Shown here: one piece after another, positions 9,030 through 17,240 of the stretch
Position numbering within the stretch: the first letter of the stretch is position 1
Layout of the letters: each line of letters opens with the position of its first letter
DNA from: a virus
Lineage: Duplodnaviria; Caudoviricetes
Reading direction: 5' to 3' (one strand)
Virus record (IMG/VR): IMGVR_UViG_2510461076_000001
Coordinates: 2,162 to 66,161 of that record
Length of the DNA: 64,000 bases
The notes under the pieces: generated by a model
What the model saw: only the letters and a program-made list of their open reading frames with translations
What the model was told of the DNA's origin: nothing
The model's database searches: none
Made by a program: the position numbers and the translations under genes

Positions 9030-9230
9030 GTGACAGAGATCGACGCATTCAAGGCCAAGGTGGAGAGCTTCATCGCCGAACAGGCAATGACGCCTACCCA
9101 GTTCGGCAAGCAGTTCGCCGGCGACCCGCTGTTCGTCTTCCAGCTGCGGGATGGCCGCGAGCCGCGCACGCAAACACGCCAGCGGATCTTGGCGGCGATG
9201 GAAGCATATCCGACCGGGGTGGCAGCATGA
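9030..9230 (+). CDS. Cro-like regulator
   Basis: 66-aa HTH-like protein divergent from CI. Confidence 0.75.
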   Translation: MTEIDAFKAKVESFIAEQAMTPTQFGKQFAGDPLFVFQLRDGREPRTQTRQRILAAMEAYPTGVAA

Positions 9231-9574
9231 GCGGCCAGAAAATCATCGACGGCTTGAATGAGGCGATTGAAGTCGTCCAAGCCCAGACAATCCCCGAAGA
9301 CATCTTCCAGACCGCATGCGGCATCGTCATGAACGCCAAGTCGCTTAAGAGCATGCTCAAGCACAAGGACGTGGTTGACGCTATTGCCCTTGCGCTGGCT
9401 GCCGAGCGCGAGCGCTGTGCTTCGATCGCCGGCTACTACGCGCAAGCGTGCCTCGAAACCGAGAGCGACGGGTCCGGCTATTACGCATGTAGCGGCCTCA
9501 TCGATGAAATTCGCAATCCAAAACCTCCTCAGCCGCCGGTGCCCGCCATCGACGACAATGACCTTCCGTTCTGA
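9227..9574 (+). CDS. Hypothetical phage protein
   Basis: ATGA-coupled to Cro. Confidence 0.65.
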   Translation: MSGQKIIDGLNEAIEVVQAQTIPEDIFQTACGIVMNAKSLKSMLKHKDVVDAIALALAAERERCASIAGYYAQACLETESDGSGYYACSGLIDEIRNPKPPQPPVPAIDDNDLPF

Positions 9575-9583
9575 GGTTTGACC

Positions 9584-10657
9584 ATGACCGCTGACAAGCA
9601 GCTCAAAGCCTATATCGACCGCGTTCTCCGTTTGAAGGAAGAACAGGACACGATCGGCGACGACATCCGTGAAATCTATGCCGAGGCAAAGGCTGCCGGC
9701 TACGACAAGACCATCATGGGCAAGCTCGTCGCCCACCTGCGCAGGGAATTGAAGCAGGGTGCCGGCGCGGTCGCCGAGGCCGAAAGCATCTTCGACACCT
9801 ACCTCAATGCCTATCAGCGCGCATCTGGCACGCCAGTTGCTACGCATACGCATGAGGAAGAATTCGACCCGATCACGGGGGAATTCCTCGACAAGCCGGT
9901 CAATGCGAAGCTGGTCGCCACGGTCGCGACCGGCATGCAGACCGAGACCGGCCGCAAGGCGCTGATCGCTGCTGTCGACATCATGATCGCCCGCGAAGAT
10001 GCGGTGGAAACTCCCTCGGCGGACATACGCGCTGAGGGCAGGGAGGTCGGCCCTGCCGTCTCCCTTCGTGATCCCGTAGCGAACGCTGGGGAGGAGGCTG
10101 CGGACGAGAGCGCCGCAGTTTCTGTTGATCCGGCTAGTAGGGCCTCTGAGGAGAGCGAGCGTCAGCGCGCCTCGATGGTCGGCTTTACTGACGATTGCCG
10201 CACGGGAGGCAAGGAACAGGTAGCTGCGGCTCCTGTACCCGTAGGGGAGGCCGACGCACGTAGTCTCCCCGCCAATTCGCCGGAAGCGGCAACGACGCAG
10301 CGAGCAAACGTCCCACCTCAGCATGAGGCCGGCAACGGTCAAGCAATAGTGCAAAATTCGGGCGTGACGGTTGTCGGTACCGAGAGAGGAACCGTCTCCA
10401 ATTCTCAGTTCGATCCGAGTGAGGATCGCAAAGAAGACCACAGCCTCGACGGAAACGCCGACGCCAGCGTAGGAGGCCGTCATGTAACCGCTCAAGCAAA
10501 TCGCGCCGCAACGGCCGGGGCTCTCGTTCAAGTCGCTCCGGCCACCAAACCTCTTAGGCCACATTGCCGGAACCCCGGCGAGCACTGCGGTGGATATGGA
10601 AGCAATCATTGCCACTCCTGCCTTCGTGCGTCGAAGGAAGCTGAGGTGGCAGCATGA
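9584..10657 (+). CDS. GapR/DUF2312-family DNA-binding protein with long C-terminal extension
   Basis: QLKAYIDRVLRLKEEQDTIGDDIREIYAEAKAAGYDK motif; C-terminal C-x6-C-x6-H-CxxC cluster. Confidence 0.8.
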   Translation: MTADKQLKAYIDRVLRLKEEQDTIGDDIREIYAEAKAAGYDKTIMGKLVAHLRRELKQGAGAVAEAESIFDTYLNAYQRASGTPVATHTHEEEFDPITGEFLDKPVNAKLVATVATGMQTETGRKALIAAVDIMIAREDAVETPSADIRAEGREVGPAVSLRDPVANAGEEAADESAAVSVDPASRASEESERQRASMVGFTDDCRTGGKEQVAAAPVPVGEADARSLPANSPEAATTQRANVPPQHEAGNGQAIVQNSGVTVVGTERGTVSNSQFDPSEDRKEDHSLDGNADASVGGRHVTAQANRAATAGALVQVAPATKPLRPHCRNPGEHCGGYGSNHCHSCLRASKEAEVAA

Positions 10658-10974
10658 TCACGGCTCCGCACATCAAATCCCGATCCGAACTGACGTCGAT
10701 GATCATCGACTTCACGGCAAACGGCGGCGAGGTCCGCACCTTCAAGCGCGGCCACACAAGCGACTGGACCTATCTGCGGGATATGTTCGCGGGCTTTGGC
10801 TACGAGCTGAAGATAGACCGATCCTTCTACATCGTCAGGAAGATCGGCGAAAAGGGCAGGCCGAAGCGTCTCACGCGAGTGCAGGCGATCCGCGAGATCA
10901 ACGAGGTTCTCGTCGCCCACGGTCATCAGCCTTTCATGATCACCAAACACGAATTTTTGGAGGCACGTCCATGA
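10654..10974 (+). CDS. Hypothetical phage protein
   Basis: ATGA-coupled ORF. Confidence 0.65.
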   Translation: MITAPHIKSRSELTSMIIDFTANGGEVRTFKRGHTSDWTYLRDMFAGFGYELKIDRSFYIVRKIGEKGRPKRLTRVQAIREINEVLVAHGHQPFMITKHEFLEARP

Positions 10975-11147
10975 CAGTCGCCATCGATGCCGCACGCCGA
11001 ATTCAGAAGCAGGACGTTCGTTTCGCGACGTTTCACTGCTGCCCCGCATGCGACCGCGTCCTCTCGATACCCGAAATCATTGAGCGCCACTGCGAACGCT
11101 GTGACGCGGCGATAAACCCAACGGAAGTTAGGGAGAAGGCGGCATGA
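10971..11147 (+). CDS. Small zinc-ribbon protein
   Basis: CPAC...CERC; coupled at both ends. Confidence 0.6.
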   Translation: MTVAIDAARRIQKQDVRFATFHCCPACDRVLSIPEIIERHCERCDAAINPTEVREKAA

Positions 11148-11302
11148 GCATGGTTCTCGGTCACCTCGGTGCGGCTCTCATCGTCGGCCAATTCGTCTTC
11201 TGCACAGTCTTCGCTCTTGCGGCGGCGCGTGGCTCCAGCCGCATCAGCCGGAACGAGGAAGTTGAACTCTACAAGAGCCGATATCCGGCCAACCAGAACT
11301 GA
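11144..11302 (+). CDS. Small membrane peptide (52 aa)
   Basis: ATGA-coupled ORF MSMVLGHLGAALIVGQFVFCTVFALAAA..., not in the ORF track. Confidence 0.45.
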   Translation: MSMVLGHLGAALIVGQFVFCTVFALAAARGSSRISRNEEVELYKSRYPANQN

Positions 11303-11659
11303 CGGGTTACCCCCTCCGCCCGTCACAGCTAGCTCCGGTCATCCTCCCAAGCACCGGGGCTAGCAACCTTCAACCTCAACCTGCTGTTTCGGATGCGCAA
11401 AACGACTGCGCTCACGGCCTGGCCAAGAGGTTCGAAATTAGCAGGTGGCGACGGCGGATCGCCACCTGCAGCAGACCCGACTAACGCGGCGGAAGTGTCG
11501 GCTCTGCGAGTGAATGGAATGACGGCATCCAGGCGGCGGTCTGAGCCGACGGCAGAGGGTGAAGACCCTGCAAGGTTTTCTTCTCTGCCGTCATCAATCG
11601 TCCTGCGCATCTGAAGTCTCCGTGGAACGAGATCAGGTTTAGCGCAGGAGAAAGCCAAG

Positions 11660-12034
11660 TTGTCGGCAATGAGTGACAAGAAAAAAGTAAACAGGGCCAA
11701 GGTTATGAGTGACGCTTTTTACGCACAAAACCTTTTGAGAGAAGCATTTCCCGAGCGCCGTTACGGCTCGGTGAAAGGCGCGATCTTTGCGGCATACCGG
11801 TTCGTCAGCCCCAAGGTTTCGAAGGAACTGACCCCGAGAAGAATTCGATCGATCCGCGATGGGACAGCCCGCCGGATCGATGCTGAGGAAATGGAAGCGC
11901 TCAAGGCAGCGATCATCGAGGAGGCCCACCGTGAGCAACAGGAATTACGCGCCCGTCTGGCTGCGCTGGACAAAAAGGTTGCCGCTTTCAGCGAGAGCGT
12001 GGCTGGCCGCTCGGTGGCGGGCGCGGGCGAATAA
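11660..12034 (+). CDS. Putative transcription regulator (CII-position protein)
   Basis: Helical basic protein upstream of the methylase/replication cluster; function inferred from position. Confidence 0.6.
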   Translation: MSAMSDKKKVNRAKVMSDAFYAQNLLREAFPERRYGSVKGAIFAAYRFVSPKVSKELTPRRIRSIRDGTARRIDAEEMEALKAAIIEEAHREQQELRARLAALDKKVAAFSESVAGRSVAGAGE

Positions 12035-12079
12035 GTGGGCCGACCGGGCCGAATGGATCATGGGCGAGGACTGAGATGA

Positions 12080-12481
12080 ATGTGGCTCTATTCGGACCAG
12101 TGGGCGGCGGGCTTCTTCGATGGGGAAGGCTGCATCCAAATCGAACCTCGCAAGAGCGGGTACGGCATGAGCTACTACCTGAATATTCAGGTGACGCAAA
12201 ACGATCGTCGCCCGCTGGACGAGTTGCAGAAGCGATGGGGCGGAAACGTCACCAGTGCAAGCCGCCACGCGCGAGATCGGTGCTTCCGCTGGCGCATGAG
12301 TTCAACAGCTGCGGCGACGTTCTTAACCGCGATCCTTCCTCACCTACTAGTCAAGAGGGAGCGGGCGCTACTCGCTTTGGGAATGCGAGAACTGATGGGG
12401 TCGAAGGGTGTCCCTGCAACGGACGCCCAACGAGTTGCGAGGTCATCAGCATATGAACGCTTCCGCGAGACATTCTCATGA
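12080..12481 (+). CDS. LAGLIDADG homing endonuclease (single motif)
   Basis: WAAGFFDGEGCI motif, then YLNIQVTQND..L..WGG. Confidence 0.85.
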   Translation: MWLYSDQWAAGFFDGEGCIQIEPRKSGYGMSYYLNIQVTQNDRRPLDELQKRWGGNVTSASRHARDRCFRWRMSSTAAATFLTAILPHLLVKRERALLALGMRELMGSKGVPATDAQRVARSSAYERFRETFS

Positions 12482-13668
12482 CATGGCTTTACGTTCCGAG
12501 CATCTCAACATCCTCTCCATCTGCACCGGAGGCGGCGGACTCGATCTCGGCGTTGAGCTGGCAGTTCCAGGCGCTCGAAGCGTCTGCATGGTCGAGAGGG
12601 AAGCCTTCGCGGTCGCGCAACTGGTATCAGCTATGGAAGCGGGCCTCATGGCTCCAGCGCCTATATGGAGCGATGCCAGAACCTTCGACGGCCGCGCATG
12701 GCGTGGCGCAGTGGACGGCCTCATTGGCGGCATCCCGTGCCAGCCTCATAGCCTCGCCGGCCGCAAGCAAGGGCAGAACGACGAGCGCGACCTCTGGTCT
12801 GACGCCCGTCGCATCATCGTCAGATCCCGCACATGGTTCGTCCTCATTGAAAACGTCGCCGGGATGCTTGCCGCAGGCGCTGACGAAATCGCTGGAGCGG
12901 AACGGGTTCACCGAGACCTTCGGAAGCTTGGCTTCCAGGTGGAGGGAGGATTGTTCACGGCGGCAGAAGTCGGCGCGAGCCATCAGCGTGAACGAGTCTT
13001 CATCCTCGGTGTGGCCGACTCCTGGGACGGAGGAGCGGTCGGAGAATCCGGAGACCTTCGCCAAACGTCGCGCGGCGATCGATCCCTCCAGAAGAATGGG
13101 ACCGAATGGGACGTTGGGCATGAAGGTGCAGGCTTGGACGACGCCTTCAGCCACCGACGGACAGCGCGGCGGGACTATAACGGAAGCCATGTCAGGGACG
13201 AGCTTGGCGCAGCAAGTCAATACGCTTTGGTCGACGCCGAGAGCATCGGACGGCGAGAAGGGCGGCCCGAACCAAGCTTTCGGGGCCGGAGGGATTCCGC
13301 TTCCAGCGCAGACAGTACAGTGGTCGACACCATCGGTAGCGGACGTTCAGGGAGGCAGGATGTCGAGGTCGAAGGAGCGCAGCGACGAGCTCGTGTTGAA
13401 CGGACAGTCGGCCCGGCTTTCCTCTTCGCTCCAGGACCGGATCATTTATCCAGTTGGGCAGGTGTCCTCGCATCCTCGCCGGAGCTTGAACCCGCTTTTC
13501 GTCGAGTGGCTGATGGGCTGGCCTCCCGCATGGACATTGGTCGCGTGGACCGACTTCGCATGCTCGGTAACGGAGTTGTCCCTCTTCAAGCAGCGTATGC
13601 GCTCCGCACTCTTGTCACTCGGCTTGCCGCGCGAGGCTCCGCCGGCGCAGCTCGCCTTGTTCGGATGA
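12478..13668 (+). CDS. Putative beta polypeptide of split C5-MTase (alternative frame; WxTP repeats + motif IX-like)
   Basis: 396-codon open frame; ATG overlaps the LAGLIDADG stop (ATGA); four W[PTS]TP repeats; LNPLFVEWLMGWP. Confidence 0.7.
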   Translation: MTWLYVPSISTSSPSAPEAADSISALSWQFQALEASAWSRGKPSRSRNWYQLWKRASWLQRLYGAMPEPSTAAHGVAQWTASLAASRASLIASPAASKGRTTSATSGLTPVASSSDPAHGSSSLKTSPGCLPQALTKSLERNGFTETFGSLASRWREDCSRRQKSARAISVNESSSSVWPTPGTEERSENPETFAKRRAAIDPSRRMGPNGTLGMKVQAWTTPSATDGQRGGTITEAMSGTSLAQQVNTLWSTPRASDGEKGGPNQAFGAGGIPLPAQTVQWSTPSVADVQGGRMSRSKERSDELVLNGQSARLSSSLQDRIIYPVGQVSSHPRRSLNPLFVEWLMGWPPAWTLVAWTDFACSVTELSLFKQRMRSALLSLGLPREAPPAQLALFG

Positions 13669-13685
13669 TGGAGATCGACGAATGA
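12483..13685 (+). CDS. C5-cytosine DNA methyltransferase alpha polypeptide
   Basis: Motif I LSICTGGGGLDLG, IV GGIPCQPHS, VI IENV, VIII HQRERVF, X RLRMLGNGVVP; no recognisable motif IX in this frame. Confidence 0.9.
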   Translation: MALRSEHLNILSICTGGGGLDLGVELAVPGARSVCMVEREAFAVAQLVSAMEAGLMAPAPIWSDARTFDGRAWRGAVDGLIGGIPCQPHSLAGRKQGQNDERDLWSDARRIIVRSRTWFVLIENVAGMLAAGADEIAGAERVHRDLRKLGFQVEGGLFTAAEVGASHQRERVFILGVADSWDGGAVGESGDLRQTSRGDRSLQKNGTEWDVGHEGAGLDDAFSHRRTARRDYNGSHVRDELGAASQYALVDAESIGRREGRPEPSFRGRRDSASSADSTVVDTIGSGRSGRQDVEVEGAQRRARVERTVGPAFLFAPGPDHLSSWAGVLASSPELEPAFRRVADGLASRMDIGRVDRLRMLGNGVVPLQAAYALRTLVTRLAARGSAGAARLVRMMEIDE

Positions 13686-13882
13686 CCCCTCCCGAAGAGA
13701 TGATCAGTTGGCTCGATCGCCGCATCGCCTCCGCCATGGCTTGGCTCGACGACCATGGAAAAGGCTCGCGCCGTCCTCGTCCTCAGCACGAGATCGAAAC
13801 CAAGGAATACGACATCGCCCGCTTTGAGGAGATCAAGGCGGCGTATGTGAAGGCTCTCGAGCGTCGGGAGAGTGCGGCATGA
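13682..13882 (+). CDS. Hypothetical phage protein
   Basis: ATGA-coupled at both ends. Confidence 0.7.
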   Translation: MTPPEEMISWLDRRIASAMAWLDDHGKGSRRPRPQHEIETKEYDIARFEEIKAAYVKALERRESAA

Positions 13883-15258
13883 ACCAGCTTATCACCCGCG
13901 CTTCGATCGCTGAGATTGCCAGACACCGCGACGCAGCTCTTTCCGCTTTTCAGCGGGCGAGGGCGGCCGAAGCTGAAGCCAAAGAGCAGATGGATGAAGC
14001 CGTCGCGATGCTCAAGGTGGCAGCGCCATTCGCCGCCGGCCTGTTCTCGACCAGAGAGGTCAAGGATCTGACCGACCGTCACTACATCGACGGGCGCGTC
14101 TGGGACTCGGTGATCCACTCGACCGAGCTCAACCACCTCATGGACAAAAAGGCGAAGGACGATCTGCGCCAGCAGCTGATGACCGACGCCCCTGAGTTCA
14201 CCGAAGAAAACGCATACGCCACGATCGAGCACTTCGCGGCCGAAGCCGGGATGATCTTCCGGCGCGGTATCGCGGAAATGTTTTCGAACCTCGATCGGCG
14301 CTTCCGCTCGCACTCAGGCTGGAAGATCGGCAGCCGCGTCATCCTGAACAATATGTTCGGTGTCGACGGCTGGTGGAACTATCATCGAGACCATCGGTCA
14401 ACCTTGCAGGACATCGAGCGCACTTTCCTCATTCTCGATGGGCGAAAGCCTGTCGCTGATTATGCCGGCATTGTCGGCGAACTGGATAATGCCCGCCGCC
14501 TCGATGGTCGCGGGGCTCGGCAGACGGAAGTGCATAGCGAATTCTATACCGTCCGGATCTTCAAGAACGGCAACGCTCATCTGTGGTTCAAACGTGACGA
14601 TCTGGTCGCCAAGGCGAACCGCATGATTGGCGAATACTACGGCGAGGTGATCCCGGAAGAGCGCAAGCATGAGGACGACGGCGGCCTGCATAATCCTAAA
14701 AGGGAGATGGCGAAGAATTTCGGCTTCTTTCCGACGCCCGATAGCCTCGCAGAGCGCACGATCGACCTCGCCAGCCTGTATCACCGCGAGGGCACCCTTC
14801 GCGTTCTGGAGCCATCCGCTGGCACCGGGCAACTTTCGAAGCGAGCCCGGCGGGAAGGGATCGTTGTTGACTGCATCGAATGCCAGCCAGACCTCGCGAA
14901 GAATCTGAAAGCGGCCGGCATCTACGGCCGCGTGGTCTGCGCCGACTTCCTTGCGATCAATCCGTCGGCGACCGGCCTCTACGACCGCGTCATCATGAAC
15001 CCGCCGTTCGATCGCGAGCGCGATATCGACCACGTCATGCACGCCCTCAAGTTCCTCAAGGATGACGGTCTGCTGGTCGCGATCATGTCGGCCCACACCG
15101 AGTTTGCAGAAACCCGCAAGGCCGTCGCTTTCCGCGAGCACATCGCCAAGCTCAACGGCGTCTTCTCCGATAATCCGATGAATTCCTTCGCGAGCGTGGG
15201 GACCAACGTCAACACCATCACGCTGAAGGTCTGGAAGAGCGGGAGGAAGGTCTGGTGA
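13879..15258 (+). CDS. DUF4942-type amino-methyltransferase (NPPF, likely m6A)
   Basis: GFFPTP, VLEPSAGTG, VIMNPPF motifs in the C-terminal half. Confidence 0.85.
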   Translation: MNQLITRASIAEIARHRDAALSAFQRARAAEAEAKEQMDEAVAMLKVAAPFAAGLFSTREVKDLTDRHYIDGRVWDSVIHSTELNHLMDKKAKDDLRQQLMTDAPEFTEENAYATIEHFAAEAGMIFRRGIAEMFSNLDRRFRSHSGWKIGSRVILNNMFGVDGWWNYHRDHRSTLQDIERTFLILDGRKPVADYAGIVGELDNARRLDGRGARQTEVHSEFYTVRIFKNGNAHLWFKRDDLVAKANRMIGEYYGEVIPEERKHEDDGGLHNPKREMAKNFGFFPTPDSLAERTIDLASLYHREGTLRVLEPSAGTGQLSKRARREGIVVDCIECQPDLAKNLKAAGIYGRVVCADFLAINPSATGLYDRVIMNPPFDRERDIDHVMHALKFLKDDGLLVAIMSAHTEFAETRKAVAFREHIAKLNGVFSDNPMNSFASVGTNVNTITLKVWKSGRKVW

Positions 15259-16517
15259 CCGTAACAACTAGGTCCATCCTCGACGGCCGCTGCAAGATCC
15301 ACGTAGGCGATTGCATCGAGGCTATGCGCTCTATGCCGGCGAATTCGGTCGACTGCGTGGTGACGAGCCCTCCCTACTGGGGCCTTCGCGACTATGGCGT
15401 TGCCGGCCAGATCGGGCTTGAACGGACGCTCGGCGAGCACCTCGAGGTGATGGTCTCCGTTTTCCGCGAGGTCTGGCGCATCCTGAAGCCGCGCGGCACG
15501 CTCTGGCTGAACTACGGGGATTGCTACGCGGCTGCTCCGAATGGCAAGAGCGCGGCTGCCTACAAGGCCGACGGCACGGACGATAGGACGTTTCGAGACA
15601 AGCCATTCTCGACGGTCGGACCAATCTACCAGGCCGATCGCCATGGTGATCGCGGCGTGCGTGGAAACGTACATCGCCGAGCTGCTGGCGTGAGTTCACC
15701 TGGTGCAATAGTCGCCGGCGGGACGTTGAAGCCCAAAGACCTCTGCATGATCCCGAACCGCTTGGCGATCGCCCTTCAGGATGATGGATGGTACGTCCGT
15801 TCGGAGATTATTTGGCATAAGCCGAACCCCATGCCGGAAAGCGTCTATGACCGTCCGACATCGGCGCACGAGAAAATCTGGCTGCTCACCAAGGGCGAGG
15901 ATTACTTCTACGACCATGAGTCTATCCGGGAGCCGACGACCGGCACCGCCCATGCTCGCAAGCCAGGCCCGAACAGCCGCCAGAACGTCGATCGAGTGCC
16001 GGTGTCCAAGAAGGCCGGGACCGGTGTCGGCTGGGGTCGGCTCGACAAGATCAACCCTTCCGAATCCGATCGAGGCAGAGACCGCATCAGCAAAGTAGCA
16101 GATGAGGCCGATCCATTCCGCAAGTCAAAGCCCTCATTCGCCGCGGCGACCGGTGACTTGGTCGACACCCGCAACGCGCGGAACGTTTGGTCTATTGCCC
16201 CTCGCGCCTTCCGGGACGCCCACTTCGCCACATTCCCGCCGGCGCTTGCCGAGCGGTGCATGAAGGCCGGAACGCCAAGGACGGTCTGCGGATGCTGCGG
16301 CGCTACGGAAGGATGCGGCCCGATCTGCGAGATGTACGACCGCGAGCCCGGTCTCGTCTTCGATCCTTTCGGCGGAGCTGGCACGGTCTCGCTTGTCGCT
16401 GAGCAGCTTGGCCTTCGCAGCATCATGATCGAGCTGAACCCTGAATATGCGGACATCGCCCAGCGGCGGATCACCGGCGCGCCGATTCCGATCGAGGAAG
16501 ACGAGGTGGCAGCATGA
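15255..16517 (+). CDS. Beta-class N4C/N6A DNA methyltransferase
   Basis: VVTSPPY near the N-terminus, HFATFP, DPFGGAGT near the C-terminus. Confidence 0.9.
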   Translation: MTVTTRSILDGRCKIHVGDCIEAMRSMPANSVDCVVTSPPYWGLRDYGVAGQIGLERTLGEHLEVMVSVFREVWRILKPRGTLWLNYGDCYAAAPNGKSAAAYKADGTDDRTFRDKPFSTVGPIYQADRHGDRGVRGNVHRRAAGVSSPGAIVAGGTLKPKDLCMIPNRLAIALQDDGWYVRSEIIWHKPNPMPESVYDRPTSAHEKIWLLTKGEDYFYDHESIREPTTGTAHARKPGPNSRQNVDRVPVSKKAGTGVGWGRLDKINPSESDRGRDRISKVADEADPFRKSKPSFAAATGDLVDTRNARNVWSIAPRAFRDAHFATFPPALAERCMKAGTPRTVCGCCGATEGCGPICEMYDREPGLVFDPFGGAGTVSLVAEQLGLRSIMIELNPEYADIAQRRITGAPIPIEEDEVAA

Positions 16518-16672
16518 TCACCTTCCTCGAAGCCTACGCTCTCCACGGGCCCGACGTTGAGCGCATCGCCGAAGCCCTCGGCATCACTCATCCTGAAGCC
16601 GACCGCCTCATCAACGAAGCGATGGAGCGCCGGTACCAGCAGCGCGTCCAGCGCGGCCGGAGGCGCGCATGA
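16514..16672 (+). CDS. Small hypothetical protein
   Basis: 52-aa ORF MITFLEAYAL..., ATGA-coupled at both ends. Confidence 0.55.
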   Translation: MITFLEAYALHGPDVERIAEALGITHPEADRLINEAMERRYQQRVQRGRRRA

Positions 16673-16923
16673 CGAGCTTTGATCCGTATCCCAGAGACGG
16701 GAAGGACGTTCACTGCCCATGGCAGATGATCGCCCTGTGCCCGCTGTACATCGCCAGCCACGAGGGCAAGGGCTTCGGTTGCGTCGACGATATGGCGCGC
16801 CCTTGTATCGTCGCGCGCGGCGAAGCCTCGTATCATCGCCTTGTCATCGATCTCATCAGCGCCGGTTTCGTGCCGGATGACGCGGGACACCTGGAAGCCC
16901 TTCCAGCTGCGGGTGCGGCATGA
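16669..16923 (+). CDS. Hypothetical phage protein
   Basis: ATGA-coupled ORF. Confidence 0.55.
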   Translation: MTSFDPYPRDGKDVHCPWQMIALCPLYIASHEGKGFGCVDDMARPCIVARGEASYHRLVIDLISAGFVPDDAGHLEALPAAGAA

Positions 16924-17240
16924 AGGAAAGCCAGATACACAAGGCAGTCGTCGCCCATTGGAAAGCGCTGGCCTTGCCAGGCACGTTCCTCGGCACCATT
17001 CCCAACATGGGAGCGATGGGCCAGCACGGTCTGACCAAGGGTTTGCCGGACCTGATCGTCATCGGCCCGAAGCTTCACGGCTATCTCGAATTGAAGACAG
17101 AAAGCGGCAAGCTCACCGGACCGCAGCGCGACTTTCAAGCCCTCTGCGAAGCCCACGGTATTCCCTTCTACGTCACCTATGGCAGGGACGAGCCTATCAA
17201 GCTGCTCGAAGATCTTGGAATTGTCAGGAGGGCAGCGTGA
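16920..17240 (+). CDS. VRR-NUC domain nuclease
   Basis: KGLPDL...YLELKTESGKLTGPQ..F motif. Confidence 0.85.
   Translation: MKESQIHKAVVAHWKALALPGTFLGTIPNMGAMGQHGLTKGLPDLIVIGPKLHGYLELKTESGKLTGPQRDFQALCEAHGIPFYVTYGRDEPIKLLEDLGIVRRAA

Noticed and set aside
10360-10425. tRNA-like element in the GapR ORF (GTTCGATCC)
   Set aside because: T-stem does not pair properly and no acceptor or anticodon arms could be built
8951-10615. 554-aa antisense ORF over cro/GapR genes
   Set aside because: No motifs or RBS; typical shadow ORF of GC-rich coding sequence, unlike the MTase beta frame, which carries a missing catalytic-domain motif
12080-12481. Group I intron or intein hosting the LAGLIDADG (also considered for both HNH genes)
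   Set aside because: No intron core or intein splice motifs recognised; the ORFs are translationally coupled like free-standing genes
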